Source: a virus. From it: a stretch of DNA of 64,000 nt. A program made the translations under genes and the position numbers. Position 1 is the stretch's first letter, and each line of letters begins with the position of its first letter. Positions 38,249-46,615 of the stretch are shown one piece after another. The stretch is from positions 1 through 64,000 of IMG/VR virus record IMGVR_UViG_3300006947_000007, one strand, 5' to 3'. The notes beneath the pieces are model-generated. The model searched no databases, was not told where the DNA came from, and was given only the letters and a program-made list of their open reading frames with translations.

Positions 38249-38278
38249 AAAAGTATTTATCTAAATTGTTGGGTTGGA

Positions 38279-38893
38279 TTATAGTGCCGCTATACGTGAC
38301 TGGAAGTCAGCGAAGTCGCTCGATGCTGCAACGTGTGTTTTTAATATTGCTAACGACATTGTTTCTGCGGTCAAGTAAATGCTATCATTAGTCCATTGAC
38401 TAATGTTACCAGACTTGTTTGTAAATGTGTCAGTACTAGATGCTGAAACGGCACCAGTTAAGCCTGTCCAGACACCGTTTACATATCCAACAAATTGATC
38501 TGTTGAAGTGTTATAATAAAGTGTGCCGTCTACTGGTGAACTAGGTGCTGACGATTGAGCATTAAAAACTGTCTTGTCAGTATAAACTGTAGTAGAGTGT
38601 AAGTTGTTCCAACTTTTACTTGCTGAACCTAAGTCTTTTGAATCTGTTGTATCTGGTTCAACATTACTAGATAGTACTATTTTACCTGTACCATTTGGAT
38701 CTAATGTAATATTAGCATTGGTTGTTGTTGAAGCAATAGTTGTACCAGTTAAATCTAATTGTGTATCAACTGCCCCAACTTGCCATAAGTTTGAAAAGTT
38801 TGTGTTTGCTTTGATTAAAGCGTCACGTAAGTAATCACCAGAGCCGTCGTCTGCTGTTGTTCCTACGTTTATAATCTCTCTTGTGTATGCCAT
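38279..38893 (-). CDS. Tail-fibre-like protein (gp9/gp10-like N-terminus)
   Basis: INVGTTADDGSGDYLRDALIKANTNF; G.LYYNT..F.GY.NG.W; paralog of next gene. Confidence 0.7.
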   Translation of the reverse strand: MAYTREIINVGTTADDGSGDYLRDALIKANTNFSNLWQVGAVDTQLDLTGTTIASTTTNANITLDPNGTGKIVLSSNVEPDTTDSKDLGSASKSWNNLHSTTVYTDKTVFNAQSSAPSSPVDGTLYYNTSTDQFVGYVNGVWTGLTGAVSASSTDTFTNKSGNISQWTNDSIYLTAETMSLAILKTHVAASSDFADFQSRIAAL

Positions 38894-38906
38894 TAAGTAT
38901 TACCTA

Positions 38907-39575
38907 TTAAACTAAATTAACCCAAGCGCCGTTTTCGTAGCCCTTAAATTTGTTTGCTGATGTATCATAATATATCATACCATTAGTTGGTGAGCCCGGT
39001 GCTGTTCCTGGGTTGTGTAATGTATGGTTAGCACTTACTGAAACACTTGCTGTAAGTGTACCACCAAATATAGTTAACCATTGTAGACTAGCACTACCTA
39101 AACTCTTTTGGGCATCAGCACTTGGTTTAATATCACTTGCTACTGATAAATGACCTGTTCCTGCTGGATCAAGTACAATGTTTTCATTAGTTGTTGTAGA
39201 CGATATAGTACTAGCGTGTATTGATAAGTCTTCAACTGATAACGTGCTAGACGTAGCATTCCATGTCATTTTGGCATCGTGGCTTACATCACCATCAGCA
39301 TCCATATATAAAATAGCATTATCAGTATGTGCTTCAAGCCTTAAACTTGTGCTAGTATCAACAACAACAATGCCGGCACCGTTAGTATCAAGTACTAAGT
39401 TTCCATCTGTGTTAGTTGATTTAATTTTATTGCCGGATATATCAATGTTAGTGCCTACGGCGTCAGCACCATATATTTCGTCAAAGTTATCATTAATTTT
39501 ATCAAACGCTGTTCTTAACGGATCGCCTGTTCCATCATTTGCTGAACTGCCCAGATTTACTGTTTGTTTTGCCAT
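38907..39575 (-). CDS. Tail-fibre-like protein (gp9/gp10-like N-terminus)
   Basis: NLGSSANDGTGDPLRTAFDKINDNF. Confidence 0.72.
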   Translation of the reverse strand: MAKQTVNLGSSANDGTGDPLRTAFDKINDNFDEIYGADAVGTNIDISGNKIKSTNTDGNLVLDTNGAGIVVVDTSTSLRLEAHTDNAILYMDADGDVSHDAKMTWNATSSTLSVEDLSIHASTISSTTTNENIVLDPAGTGHLSVASDIKPSADAQKSLGSASLQWLTIFGGTLTASVSVSANHTLHNPGTAPGSPTNGMIYYDTSANKFKGYENGAWVNLV

Positions 39576-39600
39576 TTTATTGTTCCTATTTTATATATTG

Positions 39601-39608
39601 TATTTATA
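39601..39608 (-). promoter_or_regulatory. T4-type late promoter TATAAATA
   Basis: Exact T4 late consensus before tail genes; core TAA(A/G)TA also at 610, 880, 4547, 5614, 6299, 12960, 14903-14916, 15959, 16963(+), 23061, 33251, 35924, 38254, 41249, 46089. Confidence 0.75.
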
Positions 39609-39641
39609 TTCTTAAACAGCAATTAGTCACTAAGAATAATG

Positions 39642-40922
39642 CTATTCAATTAATTCGTGGTAGTGAGGGAAATGATCAGAGAATGATATTTTTCTTCTTT
39701 TCTCTAATATTTCAAATTGCTTCTTTGCTAATTGCTTAGCCTCTGTACTTACCTTACCGCTAACCATAGATTTCATATCCCGTAGAACCGATATGTATCC
39801 TTGTTTATCGTCAAATGTTCCAGACATGTCGATAAAATAATCTATTTGTTCTTGTATTGTGTTAGTGTGGCTAGGGTCTAAACCTAACACAGAAAGCCAC
39901 AACGGATCTTGTACCCGATTATGGTGCATTATTATTTCTTTATCGTAATCAAATTTATTAATTTTCTCATTCAAATATATCAAAAAATCCTTAAAGTATG
40001 GTAGACTTAAACTGTTATGAGCACAGCCAAATCCTAATATTAAATTTTTAGTTTCTTTTGATTGTTTAAAGAACGAGTCTACATTTTGGTTCCATTTATC
40101 AAAGTCCAGGCCCCATCTAATTAGTTCACTCCTCTTACCTAATGCTTCTCCGGAAAGTTGCATTTCATAACGAATGTTTGGGGTTCTCTTCACTAGCTCT
40201 ATAAACTTATCATACTTGTGTTTCGGAAAGTTTAAATTGGTTGTAACAACTAGTACAACTTCTTGCCCGTCGGTTATAGTGTCATTAATGTTAACTATAA
40301 ATTCTTCTATAAATTGATACATGTGATTTGTAAAGAATGGTTCGCCACCTAATAAACTAAAGGTTATAAAATCTTTATGTTTAAGAGTACTGTTCCACCA
40401 TTCATTTAATAATTGAAGTACTTTTTCAAATATAGCATCCTCTGTATCTGGGAATCGTCTACCTGTTTCTTTCTGCCAACGGCTACTCTGACCTTCCCAA
40501 CAATAGGCACATGCCATATTACATTTGTTTGTTAGTTCGAGTTCAACAAACTGAAATAGATCAGATGACAAGTCTAATTTTTTATTAAATAAGGGATTGT
40601 TTTTGCGAATATGCTCAGTTCTTGTACTAGTACCGCTCGCTTCTTCTGATTTCCAGCACCCAGAACAATCTGCGGATTGTATGCCGTTGCTTAATTCATA
40701 TTTTCTTTTTTGTAGCGTTGGGTGATTGAGTAAGAAATCTAAGCCTTTTGCTTCTAATATATCTAAATCAAATGTAACTTCAGCTCGCTGATCTTCTGTT
40801 AATTCTGTCTTACAACACCAGTTGACTGTTTTATTTGGCAGAGATATAATAAGATCGTTCCAAGTTTTGAAACACATTGTATCCGCATGATGTTCAGACT
40901 GCAAATGACTCGCCGCACCCAC
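39642..40922 (-). CDS. Radical SAM protein with N-terminal twitch/SPASM-like Cys cluster (start uncertain)
   Basis: C..WCC..CSGC then CNMACAYC, LGGEPF, TTN. Confidence 0.88.
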   Translation of the reverse strand: MGAASHLQSEHHADTMCFKTWNDLIISLPNKTVNWCCKTELTEDQRAEVTFDLDILEAKGLDFLLNHPTLQKRKYELSNGIQSADCSGCWKSEEASGTSTRTEHIRKNNPLFNKKLDLSSDLFQFVELELTNKCNMACAYCWEGQSSRWQKETGRRFPDTEDAIFEKVLQLLNEWWNSTLKHKDFITFSLLGGEPFFTNHMYQFIEEFIVNINDTITDGQEVVLVVTTNLNFPKHKYDKFIELVKRTPNIRYEMQLSGEALGKRSELIRWGLDFDKWNQNVDSFFKQSKETKNLILGFGCAHNSLSLPYFKDFLIYLNEKINKFDYDKEIIMHHNRVQDPLWLSVLGLDPSHTNTIQEQIDYFIDMSGTFDDKQGYISVLRDMKSMVSGKVSTEAKQLAKKQFEILEKRRKISFSDHFPHYHELIE

Positions 40923-41226
40923 AACTTGAAGTTGCTTGGGGGTTCTTAACTGCTAGGAACGATCCGCCTAGTTCTTGAACATAGTCAATAACACTACCCA
41001 AGACGTACATTTCAGCAAGTTTATTAATCATTAATCTATTATCGGAATCGTCGCTTAGTTGTACTTCGATCCATTCGTCTGGGTCTGTGATTTCATTGGC
41101 AAACTTCCAGTCGTATGTAAATCCACTACAGCCACCACCTTTTATAGTGAATGTGGCATATTTCTTATCATTTGTTGTTGTGGCGTTTAGCAAATAATCC
41201 TTTGCTTTGTCAGTTACGTCTATCAT
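40894..41226 (-). CDS. iscA: A-type Fe-S carrier (IscA/SufA/HesB family)
   Basis: GGGCSGFTY, GSVIDY, NPQATSSCGCGESF. Confidence 0.9.
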   Translation of the reverse strand: MIDVTDKAKDYLLNATTTNDKKYATFTIKGGGCSGFTYDWKFANEITDPDEWIEVQLSDDSDNRLMINKLAEMYVLGSVIDYVQELGGSFLAVKNPQATSSCGCGESFAV

Positions 41227-41260
41227 TTTAATTTCCTAGTGTTATACTTACTTATCGTTG

Positions 41261-41596
41261 TCAATCTATGTGATGTACTTTTACGATTAGTGATTTGTCT
41301 GGTATTCCTCGTAAATCTACTTGGCACCCTAGTCTGCTTTTACCTTCTACATATCCTGGTGAATAATCTAAAAGGTCCAATTCAGCAAGTGGGATTTTGC
41401 CATGTTCCATTTCTCCTAAGAGCTCGTATCCTTTTATTACTTCTATATGGCAGGTAGCACATATACAACTTCCTCCACAATCACCCCAAGGTTCTCCCTT
41501 GAAGTGATCGTAGAGTGCTACCATTATGTTGTCGTTCTCACCATATTCAACATCAAACTCACGGCCTGACCTTGTAATACACTTGAACGTGGTCAT
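41261..41596 (-). CDS. fdx: Adrenodoxin/ISC-type [2Fe-2S] ferredoxin (start revised)
   Basis: CGGSCICATCH and SRLGCQ. Confidence 0.9.
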   Translation of the reverse strand: MTTFKCITRSGREFDVEYGENDNIMVALYDHFKGEPWGDCGGSCICATCHIEVIKGYELLGEMEHGKIPLAELDLLDYSPGYVEGKSRLGCQVDLRGIPDKSLIVKVHHID

Positions 41597-41598
41597 AA

Positions 41599-41757
41599 CT
41601 AGCCTTTCGTTAGTACTTGGTAGGCGCCGTAGGCTATTGCGGCATAGGCGGCGTATGTAACCCATCCACCTAAAAATAGTATAACTAATCCTACAGCAAC
41701 TAATCCTAGTCCACCATGAGATGCTTTCTCTTTCATTCTACTTGTAATAAAATCCAT
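41599..41757 (-). CDS. Small 2-TM protein
   Basis: AAGGAG SD before MDFITSR. Confidence 0.65.
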   Translation of the reverse strand: MDFITSRMKEKASHGGLGLVAVGLVILFLGGWVTYAAYAAIAYGAYQVLTKG

Positions 41758-41796
41758 AATATTCTCCTTTATATTGTGTAGCATTGCTACGTTACA

Positions 41797-42357
41797 TTAA
41801 GCATTTTCTAATACTTTCCTTATGCTTAAAACCTTTTGCTTAATCAAATCCACATAGTCTGGATTTGTACTCCATTTACTAAGGAGCTCTATTTGTTTGT
41901 TTATATTGAGTGAGTTAGTTTCTAATTGAATAGCTCTTTCAGTTCTAAAGAGCTCATAAGCATGATGCCCATTAATAGTATTTACCATATTTTTAACTGA
42001 TTCACACTTGTTTTTGAACGCTCTAACACCCCATACAGCGTCTGGATCGCCTAATGGCTTTAGTTGAGGTATATCTTTATTCCAAGTTCTAATACCAAAC
42101 AAGTTATTACCTTCGTTAGCAAATCTACTCTTGCCGTACCCAGATTCCATTACTGCCATAGATATAATAATCTCACTACTTATTTGCTGATCAGGGTCAA
42201 TATCTAAATTTACATATTTAATACAGTTATTTACAGCTAATACAAATTCATTGTTATTAGTATATTTCATGGTAGTTGAATGATTAGAAATATTGCCAAC
42301 ACTTGCTGTAACTATTGTTAACAGAATCGCAATAAGTATTCCTTGATTTTTATTCAT
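41797..42357 (-). CDS. Exported glucosaminidase-domain (Bax/GH73-like) protein
   Basis: Signal peptide; ESGYGKSRFA..GNNLFGI. Confidence 0.8.
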   Translation of the reverse strand: MNKNQGILIAILLTIVTASVGNISNHSTTMKYTNNNEFVLAVNNCIKYVNLDIDPDQQISSEIIISMAVMESGYGKSRFANEGNNLFGIRTWNKDIPQLKPLGDPDAVWGVRAFKNKCESVKNMVNTINGHHAYELFRTERAIQLETNSLNINKQIELLSKWSTNPDYVDLIKQKVLSIRKVLENA

Positions 42358-42358
42358 A

Positions 42359-42865
42359 CTATACCTTTTTACCTGCTGTTAAGAGTTCTTCCCTCGAAAC
42401 AACCATGTAAGGTCCTTTATTATAAGCAGGGACAACCGAATATTGTTTGCTAATTTCAATTCTTTCAGCTTGTTCTTTCCAACTACGTTGTTCAGATCCG
42501 TGACTGGGAACCGTGGCAGAGGTGAACGGATTCGAACCGCTAGTTTTGGATTTGGAATCCAACGTGTTACCATTAACACTACACCCCTTGAATGGTTCTC
42601 TTAATAGTGTTGGACCTGAAACAAGTTTATTAACTATTGGTGTATGTTTATTTTGATATGCTTGTTTAGGTTTATAATAGCCCTGAACATAATCAATGTA
42701 TTCAGTAAGAGTCATTTGAAGACCATGTAGGTGTTGTTTTCTTAGATGTTTATTATATGCTTTAAGGTCTTTAGATAGTTTTATCTTTTCTTTCTCAGAT
42801 ACAATCTTACGTTTATACTTTTTTGTATTTAACGAGGTCATCCCCCGTACCAAACCCATGGTCAT
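42359..42865 (-). CDS. Conserved phage protein containing an in-frame tRNA
   Basis: N-term MGLVRGMTSLNTKK and C-term PAYNKGPYMVV motif of T4-like marine phage proteins; frame open across the tRNA. Confidence 0.7.
   Translation of the reverse strand: MTMGLVRGMTSLNTKKYKRKIVSEKEKIKLSKDLKAYNKHLRKQHLHGLQMTLTEYIDYVQGYYKPKQAYQNKHTPIVNKLVSGPTLLREPFKGCSVNGNTLDSKSKTSGSNPFTSATVPSHGSEQRSWKEQAERIEISKQYSVVPAYNKGPYMVVSREELLTAGKKV
42514..42588 (-). tRNA. tRNA-Trp (anticodon CCA), CCA end encoded, nested in CDS
   Basis: AGGGGTG-TA-GTGT..ACAC-G-TTGGA-TTCCAAA-TCCAA-AACT-AGCGG-TTCGAAT-CCGTT-CACCTCT-GCCA. Confidence 0.95.
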
Positions 42866-42866
42866 A

Positions 42867-43118
42867 TTAGATAGCTTTCTTGAAAGTTACTTCGTCGAAC
42901 TTGTTATGATCCTCTTTATTAAATATGATATTGGACATTCCAAAATCAGTAGGAGCAAAAGTATCTTCGAATATTTTAAATTCTGATAACTTATATTCTA
43001 GCATTAATGTTAGGATATTAACAACTGCTGTTTTGTTCTTAATATCGTTTATGGAACCCGGAGCAAGTAACTTTAATACCTTCTCCAGGTCCTCTATATC
43101 TTTTAATACGTCTATCAT
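42867..43118 (-). CDS. Hypothetical protein
   Basis: In-operon ORF. Confidence 0.6.
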   Translation of the reverse strand: MIDVLKDIEDLEKVLKLLAPGSINDIKNKTAVVNILTLMLEYKLSEFKIFEDTFAPTDFGMSNIIFNKEDHNKFDEVTFKKAI

Positions 43119-43119
43119 A

Positions 43120-43584
43120 TTAAAATTCGTGTGTATAATTAGCGTAATACTTAACGTTATCTATCATCCAGCTTATTGTTGAATGAGAGTAAACTTCCTG
43201 CCTAGATTCTTCATATCTAGTTTGTACTGTACAAATTGTTTGAGTTTGCCCGTTAGTAGTTGGCTTATTCTTGTTAGCTACATCGGCACCAATGATAGCA
43301 CCTAATATAGTTGCGGCATCGTTACCTTTGCCTTTACCTACTTGGTTACCAATAACACCGCCAATGATAGCACCAAACAATACATCGGCACTTGAAGCGC
43401 CAGTACCATTAGTGTACACTTGCTTACAAACTTCAACATTGTACGGTACTTGGCTTATTACTGTTTTCATATGATGATAAACATTAGGCCTTTCTACTCT
43501 TCCCGAATTTAAATCAGCCATTGCTGACGCGGCTACCAATGTTAACATTGTACTAGCAATTATTACTTTGATTGTATTTTTCAT
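43120..43584 (-). CDS. Exported glycine-zipper 2TM protein
   Basis: Signal peptide; GAIIGGVIGNQVGKGKG..AATILGAIIGA. Confidence 0.85.
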   Translation of the reverse strand: MKNTIKVIIASTMLTLVAASAMADLNSGRVERPNVYHHMKTVISQVPYNVEVCKQVYTNGTGASSADVLFGAIIGGVIGNQVGKGKGNDAATILGAIIGADVANKNKPTTNGQTQTICTVQTRYEESRQEVYSHSTISWMIDNVKYYANYTHEF

Positions 43585-43618
43585 TTGTTATTCCTTCTTT
43601 TATTGTTTATATACTACT

Positions 43619-43685
43619 ATTATACACTATACAGGCCAAAAGTCAACCATTTTCTCGTCTTTTTTGTCAATATAACCTGTTGATT
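43619..43685 (-). promoter_or_regulatory. Early promoter TTGACT-16-TATAAT with upstream IHF consensus site
   Basis: AATCAA-CAGG-TTA at 43673-43685 (minus strand), 26 bp upstream of -35. Confidence 0.75.
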
Positions 43686-43706
43686 TTACTAGATTATATA
43701 TATTTA

Positions 43707-44471
43707 TTAGGATTTTATTTCTAAATCACGGTAAAACCACCAGTAATTCTCGTCATTTTCGGTGTTCGGAACAGTTAATGTGTCCAAATACACCATAAAG
43801 TCCTTCCAAGTTTGTCCATCGTAATCGTCATATTCCATATAAGGATACTCTTTAGTATCTCTAACTGCTTGATTAAAACTCTCAAACTTTATGTGCTTTC
43901 TTAACCCTGTGTGAATTAATAAACTTCCTGTGTGTTCTTTTAGATTAGTAACTTCGCCGGTGCCGTAAGTCAACCATAAAGGCGTATAATGATTGTGGTG
44001 ATTCTCTTTACTACGCTCAAAGTTCTGCCATTCTGTCCTGTCTATGCTAGGCCTAAACCCCGGAATAACTTCCCCATCTCGGTATCGAATGTCTTCATCC
44101 ATTTCTGCTACATTAACGAAGTAGCAACTATTAAACATTCTTAAATAAAAGCCTTCATCAGTCCTGTCAATCATATGTCCGATAGCCCACCAACGTTTAT
44201 CCTTAGTTTGTTCTAACACTAACTCAAATGTTTTTTCTGGTTCTAAAAATATATGGCCAGCACTAACTACACACACTACATCTAAGTCGTGTTTATTTTC
44301 GTATATGTGATTCCATATTTGTTTTTGTCGATAGTCTTCTTTAGGAAATGCTATTACATCTGAATTAGCATACATCTTTTTAGCATTTTCAACCGTGTGG
44401 TCAAACAACCGACTAGTAAGAACAGTTTCTTTATATGGGTTGTTAATGTATATTGTTAATTTACGTTTCAT
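43707..44471 (-). CDS. Hypothetical protein, possibly glycosyltransferase-like
   Basis: Aromatic-rich; RSKENHHNHYTPLW motif; ATGA-coupled to SGNH-like gene. Confidence 0.5.
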   Translation of the reverse strand: MKRKLTIYINNPYKETVLTSRLFDHTVENAKKMYANSDVIAFPKEDYRQKQIWNHIYENKHDLDVVCVVSAGHIFLEPEKTFELVLEQTKDKRWWAIGHMIDRTDEGFYLRMFNSCYFVNVAEMDEDIRYRDGEVIPGFRPSIDRTEWQNFERSKENHHNHYTPLWLTYGTGEVTNLKEHTGSLLIHTGLRKHIKFESFNQAVRDTKEYPYMEYDDYDGQTWKDFMVYLDTLTVPNTENDENYWWFYRDLEIKS

Positions 44472-45361
44472 TTAGTCATATTAAATATAGGATCAAAGTA
44501 TCTAGCAAACATTTTAAATCCTTCGTGATTTAAATGAGCATCATCGTGAGGTCTCATATATTTGTCTAATTGTGGTGTTTTGTCGTTTGCCCATTTAAGG
44601 AAGTATGTTTCGTTTACTAAGTTGCTTTTAAGGAATTGTTTATCACTTTCAGGAAACTCATGAAAGAACTCATCCCTTTTATTATTTCTAAGAGGTTTCT
44701 CCCATTGATAAAATTTAACCAACTTGCCTTTAGCTGTTAAGTAGCCGTGTATTAATTTTAAAGTACTTATAACTTGTTTCATTCGTGCCGAATCCGAATA
44801 TGTTGTAAAAAATCTAGATACAGGCAAGATATGTGGTTTTGGTACCAAGTTAAAGAGATGATTCTCAACCATCTGTTCCTGCTCGTCACGTGCCAAAGTT
44901 GCCCAATAGCTGTCCACTTGAGGTACTCTGTTATATTTTTTATTAGGGTTTAACAACTTCCCACTTTCGAATATTTGTAGTGGATAATAATTTTCATATT
45001 CTGTTAAGTACCTATCATCAATGTGCCAAGTCAATCGCATATAATTAGGTACCTCAATACAATATAGATCAGGATTATAGTTTTCTTCTGTATAGGTTAT
45101 TCTATCAGGTACTGTGTCTATGCCGGCACCTGGGTAACTTACATTATAAATTTTAAAATTTGGATTTTGTTTTGATAATTCTTTGACAAAGTTATCGCCA
45201 TCTACCCGGGTAGCATAATTGTCTGATTGGACATAGCCATTAAACGTGTATGATTCGTCATCGTCGTGACCGCGTTTTCTATTTCTAACTGAGCCTACTG
45301 CCGCAGGCTCTCCTTCTGATGCCATGTATGATGAACCAATAAATGCTACGCTATTAGCCAT
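44468..45361 (-). CDS. SGNH-hydrolase-like protein
   Basis: FIGSSY, KIYNVSYPGAG, NPDLYCIE, DDAHLN..G. Confidence 0.6.
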   Translation of the reverse strand: MANSVAFIGSSYMASEGEPAAVGSVRNRKRGHDDDESYTFNGYVQSDNYATRVDGDNFVKELSKQNPNFKIYNVSYPGAGIDTVPDRITYTEENYNPDLYCIEVPNYMRLTWHIDDRYLTEYENYYPLQIFESGKLLNPNKKYNRVPQVDSYWATLARDEQEQMVENHLFNLVPKPHILPVSRFFTTYSDSARMKQVISTLKLIHGYLTAKGKLVKFYQWEKPLRNNKRDEFFHEFPESDKQFLKSNLVNETYFLKWANDKTPQLDKYMRPHDDAHLNHEGFKMFARYFDPIFNMTK

Positions 45362-45372
45362 ATATTACTTCC

Positions 45373-45882
45373 TTAATGTACGGTATTACCAGTAGAATCT
45401 TGGGGGAGATTAATTTTCTCAACACTATTTCGTGTTTCATGTATGTGTGATACAATATGGTCGTATTCTTGTTGTGTTAATATTGTACGATATAGTTTTA
45501 ATGCTTCTGCTATAAGAGGGCCAGCAATAACTAAGCCACTAGTAAACGAAATATGTTTAGATATTAGTGCCTCAAGTTCAGTATGGAATATAATCATGTC
45601 ATCGCTTCGTTCATCGGGTTGTCTAAAGTCAAAGTCTACATCACGCTGGTTCAAAAACTGCTCATCCATTTCGTCGTCGGTCATTTCGTCAATAACGTAC
45701 CTGTCTTCGACGTTAGTGTCTTCTTCGTATTGTTTTAGTTCTAAGAATCGTTGCTTCTGTTCTTCTTTTGCTTTTTGTGATAAGAATTTATTAAATGAGC
45801 TAGAATCACGTGATAATAATCTATCACTAGTTGTTAATAACATTCTGGCTAGGTGTAGTTTTATTTTTTCATTCCATGTCAT
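45373..45882 (-). CDS. Hypothetical protein
   Basis: TAAGGA SD. Confidence 0.6.
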   Translation of the reverse strand: MTWNEKIKLHLARMLLTTSDRLLSRDSSSFNKFLSQKAKEEQKQRFLELKQYEEDTNVEDRYVIDEMTDDEMDEQFLNQRDVDFDFRQPDERSDDMIIFHTELEALISKHISFTSGLVIAGPLIAEALKLYRTILTQQEYDHIVSHIHETRNSVEKINLPQDSTGNTVH

Positions 45883-45899
45883 TTGCTGTTTATCCTTAG

Positions 45900-46085
45900 A
45901 TTAAGTCGTTCGCCTGTCCTACCAGGTTGTTCGCTCTTTGATTTTACTAGTATGTACTAATAAAAGTATAATAGTGACCCCCTTATCGCCGTCCTATTAT
46001 CGACTATCCCTGCCGTTGCCCGATCTGTTCAGCCCACATAACAAATTATAGCGAACATCGATAGTCTTTCCAATTCCTATATTAA
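45900..46085 (-). ncRNA. Candidate structured ncRNA/leader
   Basis: GC-enriched non-coding stretch; stems GACTATC/GATAGTC, TGTTC/GAACA, TTTTATTAGTA/TACTAGTAAAA, CCTG/CAGG; TAAGTA box upstream. Confidence 0.5.
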
Positions 46086-46127
46086 TAGTACTTATTAAAC
46101 ACTACTATAATAACTAGGTAATTACAA

Positions 46128-46340
46128 TTAAAACTCGTAATCTGGCTCATCTGCGTTGTAACTAGTACACACAAATTGTAATGCCTTCCGGGCTTGTTTT
46201 ACATTTGCTCCCTTTACATTTTTAAGTATAAACCTAATTGCTTTATCTTTTCCTAATTGTAGTTCATAAACAGCCTTGGTTGCTGAATCTTCTAGTTCAG
46301 TTGTTTTACGTTCTAATTGGTCTTGTGTAAGTTTACTCAT
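46128..46340 (-). CDS. Small early hypothetical protein
   Basis: GAGG SD. Confidence 0.6.
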   Translation of the reverse strand: MSKLTQDQLERKTTELEDSATKAVYELQLGKDKAIRFILKNVKGANVKQARKALQFVCTSYNADEPDYEF

Positions 46341-46379
46341 TGCTATTTCCTCTAGCTAAATGTAAAAATAAATCTCTAG

Positions 46380-46544
46380 TTATACTTGTTTAGTAGTGAT
46401 AGAGACAATAGTGTCGGCTGTTACATTTTGTGCTTCAGCTGACGTTATAGCACGGTTAACACTCTCAGATTCGGTGTTTCCGTCCCATGATTCAAGTGAC
46501 TCAGTATTTAAGCCGTTTTGTACTTCAATTGTTGTAATAAACAT
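46380..46544 (-). CDS. 54-aa early protein absent from track
   Basis: MFITTIEVQNG..; AAGG SD; follows promoter TTGACT-16-TATTAT at 46575-46602. Confidence 0.55.
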   Translation of the reverse strand: MFITTIEVQNGLNTESLESWDGNTESESVNRAITSAEAQNVTADTIVSITTKQV

Positions 46545-46615
46545 ATGGTGCCTTTCTGTTGTTTGTATAGTACTATAATAGCATCTATTTGTTATAAGTC
46601 AACCATTTTATTTGA

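Noticed and set aside
42379-42579. Alternative-frame 66-aa ORF starting inside tRNA-Trp
   Set aside because: No recognisable motif; the conserved C-terminal motif is in the 42359-42865 frame
45900-46085. tmRNA, SRP RNA or RNase P RNA
   Set aside because: Lacks the tRNA-like ends, the SRP GGAA loop context and the RNase P GAGGAAAGUCC consensus
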